A stretch of 64,000 nt of DNA from Obrimoposthia wandeli (Eukaryota), in NCBI GenBank assembly GCA_977020255.1, contig CDROCS010002834.1, forward strand, positions 372,001-436,000, read 5' to 3'. The notes beneath the pieces were generated by a model, which searched no databases, had not been told where the DNA came from, and saw only the letters and a program-made list of their open reading frames with translations. Positions 1 through 8,904 of this stretch are shown piece after piece (position 1 is the stretch's first letter; each line of letters opens with the position of its first letter). The translations under genes were made by a program, and so were the position numbers.

Positions 1-792
1 CTCATCCACTTTATTGCGTCCACTGCCATTACGACTGATAGTTCGTCTTACTTTCACGACGGACAAATCTGCACCATGGTACAAACGACGCGTTAACTTG
101 GTATCGTGATTAGAGATAAGCACAGGAATTTCGCGTTCCGTTGCGGCTTTTTCTGCCACATCTGCCAAATCAGCTTGATCATCAAGACTGAAGCCATTCC
201 CCGTATAAGACGTAAAATTAGCCGTAGAAGATAATGGCGCATAGGGTGGATCGCAGTACACGACACAGCCTTTACGGGCGCGAGAAAACGTCTGCTGATA
301 CCCTTCACAAACAAATGTCGCTCGCTTTGCTTTCTCGGCAAAAAAGTACATTTCTTTTTCAGGGAAATAAGGCTTCTTATAAGAGCCGAATGGAACGTTA
401 AAGCCCCCTTTTTTGTTATAGCGGCATAAGCCATTAAAACCATGGCGATTCATGTACAAGAAATACAACGAACGCACATAAGGGTCTTGGGTTTTATTAA
501 ATTCTTCGCGGATTTTTAAATAAACTTCTTTCTGATTAAATTCAGGCGTAAAAAACTTTCGTACATCTTCAATATACTTTTCTGGGTCATCTTTAAGGAT
601 GTTATACAGGTTGATCAGATCTGGATTGATATCTGCCAATAGATACTGTTCAAAATCAGTATTCAGAAATACCGACCCCGCCCCAACAAAAGGCTCTACT
701 AATTTACGCGCAGGTGGCAGGTGACGTTGAATTTCCTCGACTAGAGAGTACTTACCCCCAGCCCATTTCAGAAATGCACGATGCTTCTTCAT
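1..792 (-). CDS. dam: DNA adenine methyltransferase, 3' end runs off the window
   Basis: Not in the ORF track. Manual translation from ATG at 792 gives MKKHRAFLKWAGGKYSLVEEIQRH...YMNRHGFNGLCR...VKVRRTISRNGSGRNKVDE; in frame at the three segments checked (start, 421-480, base 1). Confidence 0.97.
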   Translation of the reverse strand, partial: MKKHRAFLKWAGGKYSLVEEIQRHLPPARKLVEPFVGAGSVFLNTDFEQYLLADINPDLINLYNILKDDPEKYIEDVRKFFTPEFNQKEVYLKIREEFNKTQDPYVRSLYFLYMNRHGFNGLCRYNKKGGFNVPFGSYKKPYFPEKEMYFFAEKAKRATFVCEGYQQTFSRARKGCVVYCDPPYAPLSSTANFTSYTGNGFSLDDQADLADVAEKAATEREIPVLISNHDTKLTRRLYHGADLSVVKVRRTISRNGSGRNKVDE

Positions 793-906
793 TCAGCTAA
801 CCTACTACCAATACCACCACGAAAGGTGGCGGATTGTACCTCATTTATTACCTTGTCTGTACCCATTAACACAAATAACTACGGCCAAACAGCAAGGATA
901 TTACGA

Positions 907-2427
907 TTATTTAGCTTGATCTATTTCACGATGAATTTGTGCATACGATTTAACCCAAGGTTGTACCGCTTGAACACTATCAGGCAATAACCGCTCAGCA
1001 CGTCTTGCCGTCACAATATCTTTATAATCACCCGTAATAACGATAAACCAGGCCTCACCCTTTCGGCGGGTTTCATACAGGGTCGCTATATTTTGAATCT
1101 TATGTTCTGCAACAAATTTCTTTGCGGTGCTGAGAGATTGTAATGCTGCAAGCTGCAAGGCGTAATGACGAGAATTAACGTCTTTAAGCTCTTCACCTAA
1201 TACATTAACTATAGGTACTGATGTTTTTTTCTGGGTCGGTAATACCGGATCTGCAGTTTGAGCTTGAGGAATGACGGGAGTATTCGCATTTACATCAGCA
1301 TTGCTCTGCATTGTTTGGGATGTATCTGCTTGTTGAGCAAACGTGTCTTGCCCACTCGTCCCTAAGGCTTGCCCGCTTAACATCGCATCAACCACTTGCG
1401 AAGGCACTACAACACGCTGACTATCGTCATTACGCCCTACTGTTAGCCCTTCACTTGATATCTCTTGCGGTAACACACGGACGTCATCTATCGCCCTATC
1501 TGACGAACTCAACGCGACTTTTTCAGCCTGTTGTGCAGCAATGGTCGCTGATTGAGCGGTATCATCTTCATCATAATACTCCGTATTCAGGTTTTCTTTT
1601 ACAGTATCAGTAACAACCGGGTTATTTGCACTTGGTGCTGAATCATCATTTGCCGGAAAAAACCAAAAGACGACACCGGCAGTTAATATTGCTAACAAGA
1701 CGACAAGTAATGCCAGCGGAGAAAGAGTGCGTGATGAAGAATTAGCCATGTCGTTATTATCCGTATTGTTCAGTTGCATCAACGCACGAGGTTTGGGTTC
1801 AGCCAAGGCGGCTTTTTCCTTTAACTCACGTCTTCCATTTGCATCTAACACCGTGCTAGACAGCACTACTTCGACAAAGGTTTGTACTTCTTGTTCCGTT
1901 AAATCAGAAATTTCGAGTTCAAGTGGCATTTGTCCCTGCCCATGAGAGACCTGATCTAAGTATTTATTTAACCGTCCTGTTTGGCTAAAGAGTAATACAT
2001 TAATTTGCCATAATGGCTCACTTTTGGCCCGTGTGATCACAGCCCAAAGTTCAGCAATCAAAACAGGGCTCAATAGGTGCGCATCATCAATGATCAACAG
2101 TACATTGCATCGATGACCTTCAAGCATCCGCTCAAGGCTTTGGATTAGTGGGTCTTGATCATTGAATAGCGGCTGATTAACTAATTGTTTAAGCACAATC
2201 GAACGATGCTGGCTATCCGTTTGAGCAGGATGGCACAATAACAAAGCTTGGTTACAGTCTTGAGAATAGTGTTCTAGATAGTGCTGAGCAAGCCACGTTT
2301 TACCCGCACCTTCCGTGCCAGTAATTTGAATAAGATTGGAATTAAAGCGGGTTAAAAATTGAATGCGCGAAAGCAATTGGATCTGACTATCCAGATCCAA
2401 CTCTCGAGCATTACTGCCGTTGGTCAT
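907..2427 (-). CDS. damX: DamX-related protein: N-terminal AAA-type ATPase domain, one TM helix, C-terminal SPOR domain
   Basis: Walker A GTEGAGKT, Walker B LLIIDDAH, TM LALLVVLLAILTAGVVFWFF, SPOR-like YALQLAALQS...WFIVITGDY...PWVKS; lies between aroB and dam. ATG 2427 preferred over TTG 2439. Confidence 0.85.
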   Translation of the reverse strand: MTNGSNARELDLDSQIQLLSRIQFLTRFNSNLIQITGTEGAGKTWLAQHYLEHYSQDCNQALLLCHPAQTDSQHRSIVLKQLVNQPLFNDQDPLIQSLERMLEGHRCNVLLIIDDAHLLSPVLIAELWAVITRAKSEPLWQINVLLFSQTGRLNKYLDQVSHGQGQMPLELEISDLTEQEVQTFVEVVLSSTVLDANGRRELKEKAALAEPKPRALMQLNNTDNNDMANSSSRTLSPLALLVVLLAILTAGVVFWFFPANDDSAPSANNPVVTDTVKENLNTEYYDEDDTAQSATIAAQQAEKVALSSSDRAIDDVRVLPQEISSEGLTVGRNDDSQRVVVPSQVVDAMLSGQALGTSGQDTFAQQADTSQTMQSNADVNANTPVIPQAQTADPVLPTQKKTSVPIVNVLGEELKDVNSRHYALQLAALQSLSTAKKFVAEHKIQNIATLYETRRKGEAWFIVITGDYKDIVTARRAERLLPDSVQAVQPWVKSYAQIHREIDQAK

Positions 2428-2441
2428 GACCGCCGACAAAT

Positions 2442-3521
2442 TTATGCATTTATCACACGGCGTAAAACGTCGTGTGGTACATCTGATACAACTTCTGCAG
2501 TACCGATAGATGTTGGTAAAACAAGTCGCAATTGACCTGATAACACTTTTTTATCACGCATCATATGCTTGATAAAGCTATCATAGTCCATCGACGTCGG
2601 TTTACTTATTGGCAACTGTGCTCGCTCATGCAAACGGGTAATACGGATAACATCCTCTTCTGATAACAAACCCTGCTCGTGAGCAGTTTTTGCCGCAAAC
2701 ACAGTACCCACTGCAACAGCTTCACCGTGTAGCCAGTTTCCATACCCCATTTCAGCTTCTATCGCATGACCGAATGTATGACCTAGATTGAGCAAGGCAC
2801 GAACACCAGCCTCTTTTTCATCAGAAGCAACAACATCTGCTTTAATCTGACAACAACGACCAATTGCATAACACAAGGCCTCATTGTCTAAAGCTTGTAG
2901 CTTTTCAATATTCAGTTCTAACCAAACGAAAAACTCATAGTCAGCGATAATGCCATATTTGATCACCTCAGCCATACCCGAAGCAAACTCACGGGCTGGT
3001 AATGTATTCAAACAATAATTATCAATAACTACCGCTTTCGGTTGATAAAACGCACCAATCATATTCTTGCCCAAAGGATGATTCACAGCAGTTTTACCAC
3101 CTACTGATGAATCGACCTGAGACAACAATGTCGTTGGTACTTGAACAAAATCAACACCACGCTGGTAACTTGCAGCAGCAAAACCGACAACATCACCAAT
3201 GACGCCGCCCCCTAGTGCCACCATCACCATATCGCGACCATAATTACCTTGCAGTAAGAATGTCATGATCTGATTAAATGTTTCTAAGGTTTTATATTGC
3301 TCGCCATCCGGCAATTCTAATAATGATACTTCGCACTCTAAAGCACGAATAGTAGCCATCACTTGCGCTGCGTAAAGTGGTGCGACAGTTTCATTGCTGA
3401 CCACAACAACACGTCGACCTGCATTTATTGCAGACGCAAACAACGCCGGGTTGTTAAACAACTCGGCGCCGATAGAGATAGGGTAGCTTCTGTCACCTAA
3501 GTTGACGTTGATCCGTTCCAT
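2442..3521 (-). CDS. aroB: 3-dehydroquinate synthase
   Basis: [41 protein letters not shown] and HGEAVA motifs. Confidence 0.98.
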   Translation of the reverse strand: MERINVNLGDRSYPISIGAELFNNPALFASAINAGRRVVVVSNETVAPLYAAQVMATIRALECEVSLLELPDGEQYKTLETFNQIMTFLLQGNYGRDMVMVALGGGVIGDVVGFAAASYQRGVDFVQVPTTLLSQVDSSVGGKTAVNHPLGKNMIGAFYQPKAVVIDNYCLNTLPAREFASGMAEVIKYGIIADYEFFVWLELNIEKLQALDNEALCYAIGRCCQIKADVVASDEKEAGVRALLNLGHTFGHAIEAEMGYGNWLHGEAVAVGTVFAAKTAHEQGLLSEEDVIRITRLHERAQLPISKPTSMDYDSFIKHMMRDKKVLSGQLRLVLPTSIGTAEVVSDVPHDVLRRVINA

Positions 3522-3545
3522 GGTCAGCTTCTCTTAATTTAGTAA

Positions 3546-4064
3546 TTAACGCTCTTCAAGCATATTGATGATTTGGTTGGCAACTACTTTGGCGCTCTGA
3601 TCATCAGTGCGAACAACATAGTCGGACACTTCTTCATACATTGGATTGCGTTCTGCAGCAAGAGCTTCAAGTACTTCACGTGGAGCATCCGTTTGAAGCA
3701 ACGGGCGCTTTTTATCTCGTTGAGTACGTGCTAACTGTTTCTCGATTGTTGTTTCAAGATAAACAACAACACCACGAGCAGATAAGCGGTTACGGTTCTC
3801 TTTACTGATAACAGAACCACCACCTGTCGCGAGAACAATACCTTGCTCTTGAGTCAGATCGTCAATAACACCTTCTTCGCGAACACGGAAGCCTTCTTCA
3901 CCTTCAACATCGAATACCCAGCTTATATCAGCTCCGGTACGATCTTCGATAACGGTATCAGAATCAAAAAACTCCATGTGCAACTGTTGTGCAAGGTGTC
4001 TACCAATAGTACTTTTGCCGGCACCCATTGGGCCGACCAGGAAAATATTTCGTTTTTCAGCCAT
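3546..4064 (-). CDS. aroK: Shikimate kinase I
   Basis: [22 protein letters not shown]-loop; ATGGG; RPLL. Confidence 0.98.
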   Translation of the reverse strand: MAEKRNIFLVGPMGAGKSTIGRHLAQQLHMEFFDSDTVIEDRTGADISWVFDVEGEEGFRVREEGVIDDLTQEQGIVLATGGGSVISKENRNRLSARGVVVYLETTIEKQLARTQRDKKRPLLQTDAPREVLEALAAERNPMYEEVSDYVVRTDDQSAKVVANQIINMLEER

Positions 4065-4227
4065 TATTAGCAATTTTACGCGCGGTTAATAAAACGACAC
4101 CGCCCGCAGGCCATCAATAAATAAGCCCGAGGCGCCAAGTTCCTCACATATAATTCGTGATAAGACCGAAAATTATCTCAGGACTGACTGCCACTTGGCA
4201 ATAGCTAGAGTGAATCAATAGTAAAGA

Positions 4228-5931
4228 TTACTGTAAAACTATCTTCGGAGTGATAAAAATCAACAGCTCACGCTTACCCATTTCTTCTAAAGAATGACGG
4301 AAAAGTGCCCCTAAATACGGTAAATCCCCCAATAATGGCACTTTGCTGACACTTTTGTTGACCTGATGCTGATAGATTCCACCCAGTACAATTGTTTCAC
4401 CATTTTCGACCAAAACTTGGGTTCCAATGCGCTGAGTGTTGATTGAAACAGCTTCACCGATGCCCGTAACCACTGTTTTCCCCGGTTCATCTTGCGTTAC
4501 CACCAAGTCGAGCACCAATTTATTGTCTGGGGTAATCTGTGGCGTCACCATCAAACTTAGCACTGCTTTTTTGAACGCAACCGATACTGCACCGCTCGAA
4601 GATGCCTCCAAATACGGAATTTCGGTCCCTTGTTCAATATACGCCGTCTGCTTGTTTGTGGTCACTAATCGTGGGCTTGAAATAATTTCAGCCTTAGATT
4701 CAGATTGTAGTGCCGACAACTCCAAATCGAGCAAAATATCACCAATTTTGGCGACTTGGAAAGCAATTGATGATGCTCCCGTTTTTTGTGCTGCTAAATT
4801 TACATTCAAAAAGTCACTCACACTGACATCATCTTTGAGTAAACCAACTGAACCTAAATTGCTTTCAATTGACCCACCCAACGTAAAGTTACCATTGTGC
4901 TTAGAGACTCCCCAGCGTACCCCTAACTCATCCACATCACCTTCATTAATCGTCACTATGCGTGCTTCAATCTGCACTTGTTTAACCGGTATATCTAGAG
5001 CACTAATAATGTCTTTGATGCTCTCAATACTGCTTGGTAAATCTTTAATGATGATTGAATTCGTTCGGTCATCAACATGTAATGAACCACGTTCAGATAG
5101 CATGCTAATGCCATCTTCAGTGCCTTCTAGTAAATCAACGAGGTCAACCGCCTTCGCGTAGTTGACTTGAATAAGCTCTGAACGCAATGACGCTAATTCA
5201 TTTTCTTTACGCTTCGCTTCTAATGCTTTTTGTTCATTTTGAGCCAACTCATCTTTAGGGGCAACTAAGACCACAGAGTTATTAACTCGCTTATCCAGCC
5301 CTTTCGCTTGTAAAATTATATCCAACACTTGCGGCCATGGCACTTCATCAAGGCGCAATGTTACGTTGCCTTGCACCGTATCAGAGACCACTAGATTAAA
5401 ATCGTTATATTCGGCGATTAGCTGTAAAACATTACGCACAGGCACATCTTGGAAGTTAATCGAGATCGGTTTACCTTTATAAGCTATGCCTTCTTTTTTG
5501 GTCTTAGCTTTCTTTTCAGTCGTAATTATCACATTAAACTGCGTACCGTTCAGGGTGTAGTCATAGCGAAAAGCACTGTTCATTTTAAGAATTAACCGTG
5601 TCCCTTTCTCTATTTTGAACGTTTCGATTGAATTAACCGCTGTTGCAAAATCGGCAACATCTAAGGTATAAATCATTTCATCGCTGATAGCGGTATCTAA
5701 TATATCAACAAATAGCTGTTTACCTGATTGGCGTATATCAACTAAAAATTGCGATTTGGCTAGCTGGACATTTAACACGCCCTGCCCTTTTTTATCCCTT
5801 TTAAAGTCAATCGCTTTTACTTGATTATCAATAAGCACCGTGGCTGTTGCTGTAAATGCCAATGGCAAGATACAAACGATAAGTAAACATAACTGCTTTA
5901 AAACATTAGACATGAATAAAATCCGCTTCAT
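4228..5931 (-). CDS. pilQ: Type IV pilus secretin PilQ
   Basis: ISINFQDVPVRNVLQLIA, QVQIEARIV, C-terminal VPLLGDLPYLGALFR...ELLIFITPKI; last gene of pilMNOPQ. Start uncertain (5931 or 5913). Confidence 0.95.
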   Translation of the reverse strand: MKRILFMSNVLKQLCLLIVCILPLAFTATATVLIDNQVKAIDFKRDKKGQGVLNVQLAKSQFLVDIRQSGKQLFVDILDTAISDEMIYTLDVADFATAVNSIETFKIEKGTRLILKMNSAFRYDYTLNGTQFNVIITTEKKAKTKKEGIAYKGKPISINFQDVPVRNVLQLIAEYNDFNLVVSDTVQGNVTLRLDEVPWPQVLDIILQAKGLDKRVNNSVVLVAPKDELAQNEQKALEAKRKENELASLRSELIQVNYAKAVDLVDLLEGTEDGISMLSERGSLHVDDRTNSIIIKDLPSSIESIKDIISALDIPVKQVQIEARIVTINEGDVDELGVRWGVSKHNGNFTLGGSIESNLGSVGLLKDDVSVSDFLNVNLAAQKTGASSIAFQVAKIGDILLDLELSALQSESKAEIISSPRLVTTNKQTAYIEQGTEIPYLEASSSGAVSVAFKKAVLSLMVTPQITPDNKLVLDLVVTQDEPGKTVVTGIGEAVSINTQRIGTQVLVENGETIVLGGIYQHQVNKSVSKVPLLGDLPYLGALFRHSLEEMGKRELLIFITPKIVLQ

Positions 5932-5953
5932 TAACTTTGTGCCTCTTCCTTGA

Positions 5954-6475
5954 TCACTGCTGACTAAGAGCAAGATGGGTTGTTCGTTTTAACCAACACC
6001 CCGCTCCATCAGGTAAAATTTCGTCAATATCAATACTGCTAGAGCCAACACGCTGGACCTTGCCGTGGTTTAATCCGAGGTAATATCCTTCCTTAACTTT
6101 CATCAGTTGGCCTTCAGGTGTGTAAATCAATGCCCATAATTGCTTACGATCACCCAGTACCCCCTTCATCATGAGCATATCGAGCGGGTAACTCTCCAAT
6201 GACGTTAATTCTCGCTGTAAATCCGGCTGCCAACACGATTTGTTATTGGTTTCAGCGGTATCCATTTGTTTAGGGTACGGGCGCATAAAAGGAACACGTG
6301 AATCGGTCATCACAAACTCATCGGCTATAAATTCAAACTCGGCAGGTAACGGGTCAATTCTGGCTTGTGCCGATGAATGTGTATTAGCGATAAACATTGA
6401 AATTGAATCATCATTCGCACGACACCCCATCAGCAATAAGCAAAGCGTTATCGTCAAACAAAGAGAACTTCTCAT
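5954..6475 (-). CDS. pilP: Type IV pilus assembly lipoprotein PilP
   Basis: Lipobox LLLMGC, LESYPLD, YLGLNHGKV; operon position. Confidence 0.93.
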   Translation of the reverse strand: MRSSLCLTITLCLLLMGCRANDDSISMFIANTHSSAQARIDPLPAEFEFIADEFVMTDSRVPFMRPYPKQMDTAETNNKSCWQPDLQRELTSLESYPLDMLMMKGVLGDRKQLWALIYTPEGQLMKVKEGYYLGLNHGKVQRVGSSSIDIDEILPDGAGCWLKRTTHLALSQQ

Positions 6476-7071
6476 AACGCCACCTTTTCTGGTGTGGCTT
6501 TAAAACGGTAAGTACTTGCTGATACTGTCAACGATAAAGTGTTTTCATTTTGAACACGATCGCTCACTTTCAAGTCAACATCTTTTAGCGTCACAATACG
6601 AGGGAGGTGAGCAATAGATGCTGCAAACTTACCTATTTGCTCATAATTACCAGTAAGTTGCATATTCAATGGCAGCTCATAATATTGCGCTTTTTCGATC
6701 CGGGGTGCCCATTGAATACCTTGAAACTCCAATCCATTATTAACACCAATATCATTAATACCTGATAGTAAGCTGGCTAACTCTTTCTCGACGGGTAGCT
6801 GTACAATCACAGTTTGGTATCGCTGATTTAATTCATCAATCTGTTGCTTTACTGTTGGTAAAGCGGCGACTTGTGAAGCGCGATTAATAACACGTGAACG
6901 CAATTCCATTTCGGTATGCTTTAATTGGGTTAATTCACCTTGCAACGGAATTAGCCAATACCAATACCCCACCGCAACAACAATTAACGATAATAAAAGC
7001 GCCACCACAGATTGAGGTCCTAGTGGCCACTCGGTTATTTCATCAAAATCTAAATCTTGCCAATCATTCAT
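6472..7071 (-). CDS. pilO: Type IV pilus assembly protein PilO
   Basis: MNDWQDLDFDEITEWP start behind AAGGAGG; YYELPLNMQLTGNYEQIGKF. Confidence 0.93.
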   Translation of the reverse strand: MNDWQDLDFDEITEWPLGPQSVVALLLSLIVVAVGYWYWLIPLQGELTQLKHTEMELRSRVINRASQVAALPTVKQQIDELNQRYQTVIVQLPVEKELASLLSGINDIGVNNGLEFQGIQWAPRIEKAQYYELPLNMQLTGNYEQIGKFAASIAHLPRIVTLKDVDLKVSDRVQNENTLSLTVSASTYRFKATPEKVAL

Positions 7072-7723
7072 TGCGTACCTCCTTGCACACGGTGAGCGAG
7101 CTACCACTTACGCATGAACTCCCCTCTGGGCTTTTTACTAATTCATACCCAGCATTATAAGTAGACGCCACCATGTCAGGTGTTTTCATCGAAAACGACG
7201 CTTTAAAACTCGTGAGGTCTTCTGAATTGATCCCTTTCGTGGCTTCAATAGAGTGCATGGCAACATCTTTTAACCATTCAGAACGTTCTGCATTCGATAA
7301 CAACGAAGCAAGTCGACCATTAGAATCACCAACACCATTCAGTAATACGTTCCCCTCCTTCAACGATATGTCGTTGAGATAAACCCCTTGCGGTACTAAT
7401 GCAGGTAGCATGCTAAAGAGGTGAGTGACGCGATTGCGTTCAGATTGAATGTCTTCAATAATGCGTAATCGGCTATTTAACCCTTTACGCTGCTGTTCCA
7501 ACTCTGGCAGAAAGGACAACTGACGATCTAACGTATTAATTTCTAATTGCAGTTGATCATTACGCACTTGCTGCTGCTCTTTTTGATACCCAATAAATTC
7601 AGCCGCCAACCAGTGACCTGCGACAGCAACAACAACGGCCACTCCTAATAAGCCAGTAAAACGTCGCTTGTGTTGTGTCCGTTTTTCTTCCCGCCATGGG
7701 AGTAAATTCAGTTTAGCGATCAT
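7064..7723 (-). CDS. pilN: Type IV pilus assembly protein PilN
   Basis: NLLPWREE PilM-binding motif, TM helix, coiled coil, VPQGVYL. Confidence 0.93.
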   Translation of the reverse strand: MIAKLNLLPWREEKRTQHKRRFTGLLGVAVVVAVAGHWLAAEFIGYQKEQQQVRNDQLQLEINTLDRQLSFLPELEQQRKGLNSRLRIIEDIQSERNRVTHLFSMLPALVPQGVYLNDISLKEGNVLLNGVGDSNGRLASLLSNAERSEWLKDVAMHSIEATKGINSEDLTSFKASFSMKTPDMVASTYNAGYELVKSPEGSSCVSGSSLTVCKEVRNE

Positions 7724-8754
7724 TAATTCACCCCTCGGATAGCCAACCCAGCAGCCACGGCAAACTGGCTATTCAATGTGGTATCAGAGACAAGATCTAA
7801 CTTTTTATGACAAATAAAATGCGCAAAAGGGTTCATTAACTCGACCTCAACACCCAGTAAACGCTGTAAAAGCTCACTCGAAATAGCATGTTGTCCGCCC
7901 CCACACAGCCAGATCCCCTTTAAAGGTGACCGGGGGTGAGTGGAATTATAGAGCTGAAATTGTCGCTTCAGTTGATCCGCTAATTGCTGAGTAAAGCGCT
8001 CTATATCATCAACAGAAAGTGGTTCTTTAATAATAGGTCCAGCGTCATGGAGGCCATTACTCAAGGTGTTACGATGCAGGGATAAAGAATACTTACGTAA
8101 TCCAAACGCGATTTCTCTATGATAAGCCGCCGCATTTTGAGGCTTAATACAAAACTCCGTCAGACACTCCCCCACGTCAACCGTGCCCCACTGCTCATTG
8201 ATACCAGCCACCTCAGCATTATGCTCAACGAGCCATAACAAAGCGTGAGTTTGTAACTCCATCACCTGGGGTGATAACCCAGCCTTTTTAATGGCGGTAA
8301 TACGGGTATCTATGGTGTCTTTTCGAGTAGCAAAGATCTGATAAGGCATGGTTGTGGTGGCGTCAGGAAATGCATTAGATTCCACAGGGAAAAAATCCAC
8401 CCATAGCTCTTCAACCGGAAAAGGAGAAGAACTCCCTAAGGCTTGAGAGACGGCGAATACCGCTTCATCTTCTTTAAGGTTGGTATCTAGCTGGATAACT
8501 TTACTAATTACCGCACTGTCTGGTAGCGCCAATGTCACTTTTTTGGCTCCAAAAGGTAAACTCTTTTTTAATTTACGTATTGCTGACAACAGCGCAGTGG
8601 AGTCTACGCTATGCTGCTCATTGATGACTGGTGACGTCAGCACAACCTCAGCATAAGCGACCAATTCCAACTGCTCTTTTTTTTGAGACAAAGCAACCGC
8701 TTTTACGCTGTGATTGCCAATATCTATCCCAATACTTAATGGGTTCCGAAACAT
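7723..8754 (-). CDS. pilM: Type IV pilus assembly protein PilM
   Basis: IGIDIGNHSVKAV actin-like fold, WLCGGG, FAVAAGLAIRG; divergent from mrcA. Confidence 0.93.
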   Translation of the reverse strand: MFRNPLSIGIDIGNHSVKAVALSQKKEQLELVAYAEVVLTSPVINEQHSVDSTALLSAIRKLKKSLPFGAKKVTLALPDSAVISKVIQLDTNLKEDEAVFAVSQALGSSSPFPVEELWVDFFPVESNAFPDATTTMPYQIFATRKDTIDTRITAIKKAGLSPQVMELQTHALLWLVEHNAEVAGINEQWGTVDVGECLTEFCIKPQNAAAYHREIAFGLRKYSLSLHRNTLSNGLHDAGPIIKEPLSVDDIERFTQQLADQLKRQFQLYNSTHPRSPLKGIWLCGGGQHAISSELLQRLLGVEVELMNPFAHFICHKKLDLVSDTTLNSQFAVAAGLAIRGVN

Positions 8755-8904
8755 ACCGTGCTATGCTCCCTGATAGTGGAAAAGCAATTTCTTTCAAAAA
8801 AACACCATCCGGTGATGTTCACTTTATTTATTTATTTTTTTAACTACTTGTTGAAAGATAATGAATAATGGCCGGTTGAACGATGGCGTAACGGGAAATC
8901 TCAA

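Noticed and set aside
93-443. 116-aa minus-strand ORF
   Set aside because: Out-of-frame shadow inside dam; the real dam frame (792 to <1) was missed by the track only because it has no stop in the window.
4436-5161. 241-aa ORF antisense to pilQ, and similar antisense or overlapping ORFs such as 44330-44875, 38175-38507, 31836-32153, 36054-36385 and 63181-63534
   Set aside because: Shadow ORFs of well-supported genes with no independent motifs or RBS.
8755-8904. CRP-S/TfoX competence site upstream of pilM
   Set aside because: No TGCGA-N6-TCGCA or TGTGA-N6-TCACA match found.
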